Position numbers and translations under genes: made by a program
From: Candidatus Krumholzibacteriales bacterium
Lineage (GTDB): Bacteria; Krumholzibacteriota; Krumholzibacteriia; Krumholzibacteriales; WJIX01
Length of the DNA stretch: 55,903 bases
Assembly (NCBI GenBank): GCA_046483305.1
Contig: JAWODM010000065.1
Span: forward strand, 1-55,903
Direction: 5' to 3'
Shown here: piece by piece, positions 48,297-55,903 of the stretch
Numbering within the stretch: the first letter of the stretch is position 1
How the letters are laid out: every line of letters begins with the position of its first letter
The notes under the pieces: generated by a model
Seen by the model: the letters and a program-made list of their open reading frames with translations, nothing else
Told to the model about the DNA's origin: nothing
Database searches by the model: none

Positions 48297-48486
48297 AATT
48301 CCCTCCTCCCGGGGCAGCAGAGGCAGGCCCCGGATTCCATAAGGTAAGATTCAGTTTAGAGAAACCTCCCTGAGTTGTCAACGGATTGAAAGGGAAGCTA
48401 TTACTTACAAAAACCGGTTCTTCTGTGTTATTATATCCCGGTAAAGAATAAATTGCGTATGATTTTGGGCCTGATCCGGGAAAACC

Positions 48487-50337
48487 ATGCGGTTTGGCAG
48501 AGAAAATACTGCGGGCAGGGAAAGACTTATCATATCGGTTATTATAGTCGCAGCCGCTGTGATAAGAATAATTTATATTATACAGCTGCACAGCTCCGAC
48601 CTGGAGTGGATTCTGCCTCTGGATATGCATTTCTACAGAGAGCTGGCCGCTGAGATATCCCGGGGCGGGATGCCGTTATCAGGGGGGCTGACCTTCAATC
48701 CCCTGTACCCTGTCTTCCTGGCGGCGGTTTTCCGGCTTGCCGGAAGCTCCCTGCTCGTTCCCCGTATCATCCAGTCAATTCTGGGGGTACTGACAGTTTG
48801 CCTGATTTACATTGCCGGCAAAGAAGTGGCGGTTTCGGGAAACCGGAGCAGGGCCGGTATTGCCGCCGCTGCGCTGGCGCTTTTCTATCCCCAGTTTCTT
48901 CTCTACGAGGGGAGCTTTCTGGCCACTTCCCTGGTTACCCTCCTGTTAACAGCTTCGTTTCTGACCGCTTTGAGGCTTGACCGGGATATAAAGGGGGGCC
49001 GCCCGGCCTCCGGGAATTTCCTCCGGAGAGGAGCCCTGCTGGGAGTGATACTGGGAGCCGGTTCACTGGGGCGTCCGAACCTGTTTCTTCTTCTGATCCC
49101 CGCGGCGGCGGTATGGTTCTTTTTCAGGAACGGTTCCGGGAAAAGAGCCCGGCTGGCCTCCGCCGGCGCGCTTCTGGGGGCGGCGGCGGTTCTGCTGGTC
49201 CCGGCTATTTACAACGGGGCAAGAACGGGGAGATTCGTTCCGGTAACCTCGCACGGGGGGATTAATTTATATATCGGCAACAGAATAGAAGGGGGGGGTG
49301 TTTACAAACCCCCTCCCGGGATGAGAATGGATATGCGGGGACTGGTGGAGGATGCCAGGAACCGGGCTTCAGAACTCACCGGAAGAGAGATGACCGACCA
49401 GGAGGCCTCCGGCTACTGGATCTCCAGGGCCCTGGACAATATCTCTGAAAGACCGGGGGGGGCGGCGAAGCTCCTCTTGAGAAAATTTGCTCTTTTCTGG
49501 AACCGGGCGGAGATCCCGGATGTAATAGATATATCCTTATACAGGGAAGAATGCCCGGTAATGAAAATACTGTTCATCCCGTTTTCGCTTATATCAGCCC
49601 TGGCCCTGGCTGGCCTGATTGCGGTATATATTACCGGCAGGAACCGGGGGGTATTTACCCTGTATATCGGAGCCGCGGTTGTTTCGGTTATTATATTCTT
49701 CGTGAATTCAAGGTACCGGATACCTTCCGTGCCGGTGATGATACTCTCGGGAGCGGTATTCATCGACATGGTGACTGACAGAATGGAAAGAAAGAGGTGG
49801 AAGGAGGGGATCATCACTCTTTGCGCCCTTCCGGTCATTTTCTTCGGCTTTGTCAACAGGAACATGATCGAGGTCAACCGGAGCGCGATGTATACATTCA
49901 TGGGGAATGAATATATGGAGCGGGGAATGGAGGAGAAGGGCCGGGAAATGTTCGAGAGGGCTTACCGTATGGATCCCGGAAGCGCGGAAACCAGGATAAA
50001 CTATGCCAGGGTTCTGGTACGCAGGGGAGATCCCGCGGCGGCTGCCGAACTTTACGGTTCGGTATTCAGCTCCTTCCCCGATTTTCCCCGTCTGGCTATT
50101 GAATACGGAGCGGCGCTGCTGGAGACCGGCCGTGTTGAAAGGGCGCAGCAGCTGTTCAGGTGGGCTTACCGGAACCGGCCAACCGCCGAAAAGGTAATGG
50201 CCTGCCGTTATCTCAGCCGAATCGCCTTCGCGGAGGGGGACCGTGACCAGGCGGCCTCCTGGATAAGGAGAGCCCTGGAACTGGTGCCGGGTAACCGGGA
50301 ATTGGAGGAGATCCTGAACAGGCTGGAAACTCCGTGA
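48487..50337 (+). CDS. GT39/ArnT-like (GT-C) membrane glycosyltransferase with C-terminal TPRs
   Basis: Multiple TMs; LDMHFY, PLYP, RPN, GINLYIGN, RYR.P; TPR-like tail. Confidence 0.82.
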   Translation: MRFGRENTAGRERLIISVIIVAAAVIRIIYIIQLHSSDLEWILPLDMHFYRELAAEISRGGMPLSGGLTFNPLYPVFLAAVFRLAGSSLLVPRIIQSILGVLTVCLIYIAGKEVAVSGNRSRAGIAAAALALFYPQFLLYEGSFLATSLVTLLLTASFLTALRLDRDIKGGRPASGNFLRRGALLGVILGAGSLGRPNLFLLLIPAAAVWFFFRNGSGKRARLASAGALLGAAAVLLVPAIYNGARTGRFVPVTSHGGINLYIGNRIEGGGVYKPPPGMRMDMRGLVEDARNRASELTGREMTDQEASGYWISRALDNISERPGGAAKLLLRKFALFWNRAEIPDVIDISLYREECPVMKILFIPFSLISALALAGLIAVYITGRNRGVFTLYIGAAVVSVIIFFVNSRYRIPSVPVMILSGAVFIDMVTDRMERKRWKEGIITLCALPVIFFGFVNRNMIEVNRSAMYTFMGNEYMERGMEEKGREMFERAYRMDPGSAETRINYARVLVRRGDPAAAAELYGSVFSSFPDFPRLAIEYGAALLETGRVERAQQLFRWAYRNRPTAEKVMACRYLSRIAFAEGDRDQAASWIRRALELVPGNRELEEILNRLETP

Positions 50338-50451
50338 GCCGGAAGTTTTGGCTTGTTATGATTAATCTCCAGTTGTAATTTTCTCTTTGCCGGCCCGGGA
50401 GTAATAAAATCTGCCGTAGAAGCATCAGGAAGGGTATGGAAACCTGCTGAT

Positions 50452-51606
50452 ATGTTAGATCTGTTATCAATAATTCTGAAGCACAAGAAGATAGTTATTG
50501 CAGTGGCCCTGCTGGCATTTGTCATCTCGGCGGCAGTGAGCCTGATTCTGCCGAAACGTTACGTCTCGTCGGCGTCGGTAGTTCCTGATTTTATTGAGAG
50601 GGACCTCAGCGGGGGAGGCGGAATCCTGTCCCAGTTCGGTGATTTCGGCAGGATGTACTCCAGTATCATGCGTGTCAACAGAAACCGGGTAATGGAATTT
50701 GTAATAAGAAGCAGAAAGATGGCTGCCCTGATGGACCGGCGTTTCGATCTCAGGGAGCAGTACGGGGTTAGCAGGGACGAAGAGGTTAGGGAGGAACTGA
50801 GAGAAAATACCGGCGTGGTGCTGCGGGATGAGGGGGTTATAATTATCTCTGTCGAGGACGGAAGTTCCGGACAGGCCAGGGATATGGTTTCCGCCTACCT
50901 GGAGATACTGGACAGCCTGATGATAGAGATAGAGCAGGAGTCGGCGCAGTTCAGAATCGCTTTCCTGGAGGAAGAGGCGGAGCTGAGGGAGGGAAAGATT
51001 GCTGAACTCGATTCCATGATGTCCGGATTCATGAGCAGGTACGGGATAATAGATATAGAGGAGCAGCTGAGGGCCTCCTACCAGGTGCTTGCTCAGCTTG
51101 GTTCAAGAAAGCAGATGCTCGAGATGGAGAAAGAACTTATGAGAACCGATCTCAGGGACGGCAATCCTTACCTTCAGAGAACCAGGAAAGAGCTGCAGAT
51201 ACTCGATAAGGCCATAGAGGATATTATCAAGGGCGAGCATGGGGAGGGTTTTTCGGTATTGCCCGATATGGAGGAAATACCGGAATTGACCATGGAATAT
51301 CTGAGAATGGCGGCTGAAAAGAAGATAAGGGAGTTCGCGCTCGGTTTTGTAAAAATGAAACTGGAGCAGGCAAGACTCTCCTCCAGAAAAGAGATCAGTG
51401 TCATAAGAGTGCTGGACCCGCCCTATACGCCCGACAGGAGGGTCTGGCCCAAGAGGACCCGGATCGTTCTTGTCTCCACCATTATCGGGGTAATATGGTG
51501 CTGTATAATTCTGATACTGGCGGACAGGAGAGAGGAGCTTGCGAGTATGGTCAGGGGAGAGCCTCGCACCGGGCGCAGGCCGGGCCGGAAGCGGGAAGTG
51601 GATTAA
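50452..51606 (+). CDS. Wzz/GumC-like polysaccharide chain-length/co-polymerase protein
   Basis: N-terminal TM then LPKRY; coiled coil; VLDPPYTPDRRVWPKR before the C-terminal TM. Confidence 0.85.
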   Translation: MLDLLSIILKHKKIVIAVALLAFVISAAVSLILPKRYVSSASVVPDFIERDLSGGGGILSQFGDFGRMYSSIMRVNRNRVMEFVIRSRKMAALMDRRFDLREQYGVSRDEEVREELRENTGVVLRDEGVIIISVEDGSSGQARDMVSAYLEILDSLMIEIEQESAQFRIAFLEEEAELREGKIAELDSMMSGFMSRYGIIDIEEQLRASYQVLAQLGSRKQMLEMEKELMRTDLRDGNPYLQRTRKELQILDKAIEDIIKGEHGEGFSVLPDMEEIPELTMEYLRMAAEKKIREFALGFVKMKLEQARLSSRKEISVIRVLDPPYTPDRRVWPKRTRIVLVSTIIGVIWCCIILILADRREELASMVRGEPRTGRRPGRKREVD

Positions 51607-51615
51607 AGCCGGAGA

Positions 51616-53007
51616 GTGACGATGGAAAACGACACCGTACGTAAGCAGCTGAATAGAAAGAGGTTGCTTATCTATATATTCCTGGCGCTATCCGCAGCGG
51701 TAGCCGTTTTCCTCTTACTGCCGTTCAAGGCGGTAAAACTGGCAGTCTCCGGGCTGTTTCTGATTCCGGTGGCACTGATATTACTGGAACAGCCAAAATG
51801 CTCTTTCTACATCATGCTGTTTGCTCTCTTCTCCTCTGTTTTTCTGATTACCTCTATACCCCTGATGAGGCTCATGGTAATCCTCACCGCCACCTCCATG
51901 ATGGTTATGATATTCAGAAAGTGGCAGCCTTTTATTCATGACAGGTTTGTTATCTTCCTGGTATTTCTTTTCATCCTGATTGTTTTCCAGTCCCTGATTA
52001 CGGCCAGGGATACCGCCAGCTATATGTACAGACTGGATAAATTCATAAAGAATATGCTGGTAGTTCTGATTGCCACCCAGTTTGTCAGGAACCGGAGTGA
52101 ATTCAGGGGATTTATAATGGTGATCATTCTGGGGTTCACAGTAATGAACTATCTCCCGGTTATTTTTCCTTACACTTCCAGCACCGGCAGATCGGATTCA
52201 ATACTGGTGGAGCAGGCTGTATTCAGGTACGCCGGTTATATTAAGGCCCCCAACACCTTTGGTTTCTATCAGTTCTTCCTGATGCCCCTGCTTTTATTCC
52301 TGGTCTCGATAAGAAGAACCGGAAAATTTCTCAAGGCCGCTGCTGTCCTGCTCTTTTTTGGAAGCGTAGCTATCATAATAATTACTTTTTCCAGAGGCGC
52401 CTTTCTAACCTTTCTGTTCATGCTCCTGCTTCTTCTTATTGTCGAGAGAAGAAACAAGCTGATTCTGTACAGCGGGCTGGCTGTGATAATTGCCGGAGCT
52501 TTCATAGCGCCGGTTGCCTATTGGGACAGGATCTCCTCCATTTTCCAGGCATCGTCTTACATCACCGAGGATTATGCCATAATGAGCAGGATTACCACCA
52601 TGAAGGTGGCACTGATTCTGGGCCTGAAGAACCCGGTATTCGGGGTAGGCCTGGAAAATTTTCTCTACCATGCCGCCAGGTATACCAGTTACGGATACGT
52701 GGTACATAATTCGCTTCTTCAGATATTTTCGGAGATGGGATTCTCCGGCATTATAGTGGTTCTGGCCATTATCATCTATAATTTCACTCTGGTTGCAAGG
52801 CTGGCCCGGGACCGGTCTGATACGGAAAGGTCCAGGCTGGGACGCTTCCTGTTCGTACAGCAGCTGACTGTCCTTTTCGGGTCAATGACTCTCCCGGTCG
52901 CCTACAATTATGTTTTCTGGTTCACGCTGCTGATGCCTTCGATTGCTTACCATGCCTATGGTTCCGGCAGGTTTTCGGACAGGGTTGTGAATCCGGCGGG
53001 ACAGTGA
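51616..53007 (+). CDS. O-antigen ligase/Wzy_C-family membrane protein
   Basis: Many TMs; PNTFG, TFSRGA, NPVFGVG, HNSLLQIFSEMG. Confidence 0.88.
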   Translation: MTMENDTVRKQLNRKRLLIYIFLALSAAVAVFLLLPFKAVKLAVSGLFLIPVALILLEQPKCSFYIMLFALFSSVFLITSIPLMRLMVILTATSMMVMIFRKWQPFIHDRFVIFLVFLFILIVFQSLITARDTASYMYRLDKFIKNMLVVLIATQFVRNRSEFRGFIMVIILGFTVMNYLPVIFPYTSSTGRSDSILVEQAVFRYAGYIKAPNTFGFYQFFLMPLLLFLVSIRRTGKFLKAAAVLLFFGSVAIIIITFSRGAFLTFLFMLLLLLIVERRNKLILYSGLAVIIAGAFIAPVAYWDRISSIFQASSYITEDYAIMSRITTMKVALILGLKNPVFGVGLENFLYHAARYTSYGYVVHNSLLQIFSEMGFSGIIVVLAIIIYNFTLVARLARDRSDTERSRLGRFLFVQQLTVLFGSMTLPVAYNYVFWFTLLMPSIAYHAYGSGRFSDRVVNPAGQ

Positions 53008-53133
53008 AATCAATTAATCCCTGATGAAGTATCCGGAAAACCGCGCCGGCTCGGCAGAACTTTCTGCGGGTAGTTCTCATCTCAGAAGGATCATTTTCCT
53101 GGTAACAGTTTCGGATGGTGTTTTTGTCGGCAT

Positions 53134-53161
53134 AAAAAGGCCGCTCTCACTGAGCAGCCTT
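53134..53161 (-). terminator. Intrinsic terminator on the minus strand
   Basis: Minus strand AAGGCUGCUC-AGUGA-GAGCGGCCUU followed by a U run. Confidence 0.7.
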
Positions 53162-53216
53162 AAGCATAACCTGGATACTTTAATCTCCAGCATTGTTTAG
53201 CCGGAGTATTCAGGCT

Positions 53217-53459
53217 TCATTCCGATTTGACTATCTGATTCAACTTCCCCGGCCTGTAGCTGTCCGTTATCCTCGCTCTGAGAATCTTCATCCTGTAATC
53301 AACCAATTCCGGGTCATTATCCTCGACTTTTTCGACCAGCAGGGCTCCGTGAACCGTGCTTTTCTCAATGTCAAGGGCACAAGGGACTACATTATCCTGC
53401 TCTGAAGGTTCGTAGGATAGGAAAGTCAGATAACCGCCATGCTTCTTTAGCTCCCCCAT
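53217..53459 (-). CDS. Hypothetical protein or C-terminal gene fragment
   Basis: 80-aa ORF ending just before the minus-strand terminator; its upstream sequence is the C25-like fragment, so it is probably truncated. Confidence 0.3.
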   Translation of the reverse strand: MGELKKHGGYLTFLSYEPSEQDNVVPCALDIEKSTVHGALLVEKVEDNDPELVDYRMKILRARITDSYRPGKLNQIVKSE

Positions 53460-53470
53460 GCTCAGATCAA

Positions 53471-53575
53471 AGAATTATAACTTTTGATATAGTAATCGAT
53501 GATCCGGAACTTCTGGAAAACGAGGACGGAGAGATCAGAATAATGGTGGATGGCTACGGGACATTCTCCCCGCCC
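53471..53575 (+). pseudogene. Isolated fragment of a C25/PorU-like propeptide gene
   Basis: RIITFDIVIDDPELLENEDGEIRIMVDGYGTFSPP versus TFDIVTGRPELRETGDGAVRITLEGYGTFSPP at 7934-8029: 21/32 aa and 72/96 nt identical by hand count. Confidence 0.85.
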
Positions 53576-53576
53576 A

Positions 53577-54160
53577 ATTATAAGAAATTCGATTTTTTCT
53601 GTAAGCGGGGAATCGCTGACAATGGGGTTTTGCGACCCATTTATGCTTTGCTTTGTCGCCATTATCCTGATTTCAGGCATGAAGAGGTTTACTTTGGCAG
53701 TACTCCGGGTTCTTAAAGTAGAATTTGCTGTAGTTTGGGGGGATAAGGCCGAATCAGAATATATTTCGCCTAATTCCTCTCAGGAGGTAACACGTTTTAC
53801 ACTGAACTGCACGGTTTCAGCAGAGCGGTGATGTGCAGAGATGGGGTGGAGGATGATATCGAGGAGGAGGTTGATCGCAGTAATTCCAGCCTATGTGCCG
53901 CAGGATCTTATCAATTACCACCGTATCGGTGATAAAGGAAATAATCCTCATTTTCCCCCCGCATTTGCTGCAGAGAAGGGGGTCCTCTTTCCAGACTTTA
54001 GCTATCAGCTTAGCCCAGCGTATCCGTTTTGACCTGCTGTATTCGCTCTCACCTGATCTCGAGAAGCCGGTTGCCGGCGGTGTCAGTTCTTCTTCACTTT
54101 CCAACACCCTGCGCCTGCCGGAGGCGTTCGAGTATGGGCCGTAGTATAACACTATGTTTA
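53577..54160 (-). mobile_element. Truncated IS91/ISCR-like element (transposase C-terminus plus putative oriIS)
   Basis: YYGPYSN (YxxxY), WAKLIAKVWKEDPLLCSKCGGKMRIISFI...KILRHIG; downstream small hairpins and minus-strand GAATTTCTTATA (53579-53590) resembling an oriIS end. Confidence 0.75.
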
Positions 54161-54161
54161 C

Positions 54162-54248
54162 AGAGCTTATGCAAAATGGCTGGATTGGGAGCCAAATGCC
54201 GAACACAGACCTTATTTCAGAGCAAATTCAACAATCAATCGCTGGTAA
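54162..54248 (+). pseudogene. C-terminal remnant of a cassette gene
   Basis: RAYAKWLDWEPNAEHRPYFRANSTINRW* ends about 45 nt before the attC; 5' side abuts the IS91-like remnant. Confidence 0.35.
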
Positions 54249-54291
54249 TAGGTCAATGGTTCTGGCAAATTACACTCATGATCAAGAAGAC

Positions 54292-54351
54292 ACCTTACAA
54301 GGCAAATTCACCCGACGCAAAAAACCGCGCGGCTAATTTGCGACGTTTTAG
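54292..54351 (+). other. Degenerate integron attC site (60 bp)
   Basis: R''-like ACCTTAC; inner arms GCAAATT (54302-54308) / AATTTGC (54335-54341); central CCG..CGC/GCG.CGG; R'-like GTTTTAG. Confidence 0.7.
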
Positions 54352-54373
54352 GTATTATTGGAGTTAAGGAAAG

Positions 54374-55429
54374 ATGAGTTCGCGAGTAATAATAATAGGT
54401 GCGGGTGCGTCATATGGGCATGGTGTGAAAGGAGCATCACAACCGCCATTGGGTACAGGATTTTTCGAAGGACCAATTGCAAAGGAAATATTAACGGATT
54501 ATTCAGACTTTTTCGGCTATTTGTCCAGCACCTTATATTTAGAGGATCTCTCTGAAATTGATATTGAAGAGCTAGCAGAGACAGTTCAAGGATCTTGGGA
54601 GTTAAGTGTCTATGATCGGCAGGAGATAGAGGCTCAATTCGGTATTTCATTTTGTGCTGGTGGCCCAAAAATGATGCTTCGTGGATATATTGTTGATCAT
54701 GTATGGTTATCCACTAAATGGCTTTCGAATGCTAGTTGTCCTTTTCATGAAGAACTTTTTAAAAAAATGCTGTCTCCCAATGATGCCGTAATTAGCTTTA
54801 ATTATGACTTAATTGCAGATGTAGCGTTGAAAAAGCTCGGATTATGGAGTGAATCCTCGGGGTATTTTGGCAATCAGTGTTTTGTGCGCTTGCTTAAACC
54901 ACATGGATCACTTAACTGGTTTAAAAACAGTAGTGATGGATCTAATAGAATTGAAATCGCGTGGCTTGAAGATGCCTTGCGTGGGGCTAGAAACTCAGAC
55001 GATTGTGATAGAACAATTATTGGAGTTATACCTAAAATCGGGGCTGCATTAGATAGAGATGATCATGCTATAGGTTTCGCTGAAGCTGCTGCTATCGAAC
55101 CAAGTTATTGTCTACCATTAGCAGTACTTCCAACTTCTAAGAAAGATTTCATTGAGTTAACTTTTGGACAATTAGCTACTGTGTGGAAGCAGATGAAACA
55201 GATTATTAAAGAAGCTTCGGAAGTGATTGCCGTTGGATTCTCTTTTCGTGATCGCCATTTTAATCAATTGCTACTAGAATCCATAAAACAACGCACTGAA
55301 CCTTTGAAATTAAAACTAGTATGTCCATCGAAAGTATCTGAACCTGGTGAACGTCTATTATCTGTACCTAAGCTAGACGTTATACGTTTCAAGTGTACCT
55401 TAGAGAAATATGTGGAAAGTCTTGAGTAG
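54374..55429 (+). CDS. SIR2-like domain protein (putative NADase defence effector) in an integron cassette
   Basis: IIGAGAS, SFNYD, KPHGSLNW, VGFSFRD; AAGGA RBS just after the attC; visibly AT-rich relative to the backbone. Confidence 0.82.
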   Translation: MSSRVIIIGAGASYGHGVKGASQPPLGTGFFEGPIAKEILTDYSDFFGYLSSTLYLEDLSEIDIEELAETVQGSWELSVYDRQEIEAQFGISFCAGGPKMMLRGYIVDHVWLSTKWLSNASCPFHEELFKKMLSPNDAVISFNYDLIADVALKKLGLWSESSGYFGNQCFVRLLKPHGSLNWFKNSSDGSNRIEIAWLEDALRGARNSDDCDRTIIGVIPKIGAALDRDDHAIGFAEAAAIEPSYCLPLAVLPTSKKDFIELTFGQLATVWKQMKQIIKEASEVIAVGFSFRDRHFNQLLLESIKQRTEPLKLKLVCPSKVSEPGERLLSVPKLDVIRFKCTLEKYVESLE

Positions 55430-55441
55430 AATAAGAAGAAT

Positions 55442-55453
55442 GCCTAACCCTCG
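55442..55453 (+). other. Left part of a second attC, interrupted by an IS1111 element
   Basis: Consensus R'' GCCTAAC 12 nt after the SIR2 stop; AATGCCTAAC is near-complementary to the cassette start GTT(TT)AGGTATT. Confidence 0.7.
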
Positions 55454-55469
55454 TATCTGGACTCCTCTT

Positions 55470-55700
55470 TCAATAATTTGTTTAATTTAATGAGCTGAAA
55501 GGATCTGACTGCAAACGTATCTTCGGCCTCATAAAGTGGAGATTCAATTTTTGTTTCCGGGCCAGGATGAAGAATGCGCGCAGGGAGCCAATCGCTATGC
55601 ACGAATTTTAAATTAGTCACGAGAGTTATCGGCTTAACCCTGCGCCGGTACAGACCGGTCAGTCATCAAAGCTATTTATCATAGCAATCTATGGTAAGAG
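55470..55700 (-). ncRNA. Putative seekRNA/bridge RNA of the IS1111 element (boundaries approximate)
   Basis: Stem GCGCAGGG/CCCUGCGC plus GCCGAU/AUUGGC enclosing AACUCUCG (matches target flank); AGAUACG segment matches the IS end plus core. Confidence 0.65.
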
Positions 55701-55706
55701 CTGATA

Positions 55707-55903
55707 TTAATTAACCTCCTTTTTTGATTCATAGTAACAGTTTTTTGTCCAGATAGCCAAAACAATGCGCGCAAATTTATTTGCCAGAGCCACGGCAGTT
55801 TTATTGTGGCTTCGTCTTCTATCTATTTCAAGAGTCCAGATTGTAAGTCTGTCTAGGTTTTCTTTTTTTGGAAGGCCATAGAACTGATCTTGCCCCGTGA
55901 ACT
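55707..55903 (-). pseudogene. IS110-family transposase C-terminus, frameshifted
   Basis: VHGARSVLW in one frame; KKENLDRLTIWTLEIDRRRSHNKTAVALANKFARIVLAIW...EVN* in another; shift near the T7 run at about 55863-55869. Confidence 0.85.

Larger units (their letters stand above)
55454..55903 (-). mobile_element. IS1111 (IS110 family) element, 3' portion
   Basis: Transposase C-terminus, about 250 nt downstream non-coding region, and sub-terminal GAGGAGTCCAGATA end (55454-55467). Confidence 0.85.

Noticed and set aside
1264..52709. Numerous long antisense or alternative-frame ORFs (e.g. 9203-10177, 20312-21229, 21943-22854, 30309-31202, 40198-41205)
   Set aside because: They are shadows of well-supported genes in GC-rich DNA and carry no family motifs.
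53021..53045. Hammerhead ribozyme (CTGATGA...GAAA)
   Set aside because: The sequence between the core motifs (AGTATCCG) cannot form stem II and no flanking stems were evident.
53480..53575. Diversity-generating retroelement TR/VR pair with 7934-8029
   Set aside because: Mismatches involve all four bases rather than only adenines, and no reverse transcriptase is in the window.
53462..53831. Track ORFs 53462-53680 (-) and 53550-53831 (+)
   Set aside because: They straddle the C25-like fragment and the non-coding IS91-like end and have no recognisable motifs.

Overview
Mostly moderately GC-rich bacterial chromosome. The FlgD/T9SS-type C-terminal domains and SWGxxKxxY-tailed secreted proteins suggest an FCB-group candidate lineage such as Krumholzibacteriota/Latescibacterota (inference). 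The backbone carries many peptidases (tricorn S41, C25, S9, rhomboid, TldD/TldE, M28, M14, M1), peptidoglycan turnover genes (AnmK-like, SpoIID, NagZ), glycosylation genes, tRNA-Asp, nfi, lepA and hemW. Main highlights: (1) A candidate surface-display system at 4.3-11.9 kb: a dockerin-like protein, four secreted proteins sharing a C-terminal SWGAVK(S/A)(M/V/L)(Y/F)R tail, and a PorU/gingipain-like C25 protease. In the fourth protein the tail lies behind an in-frame UGA followed by a hairpin. (2) A selenoprotein split by the ORF caller: a helical domain fused to a TlpA-like UxxC redoxin with a SECIS-like hairpin (26.7-27.9 kb). (3) Intact ORFs with lost catalytic motifs (AnmK-like, RlmD-like). 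(4) An accessory mosaic at the right end: a diverged fragment of the C25 gene, an IS91-like remnant, integron attC sites flanking a SIR2-like cassette, and an IS1111 element inserted in the second attC whose non-coding end contains guide-like matches to both its target and its own end. All calls come from reading motifs by eye; no searches were run.
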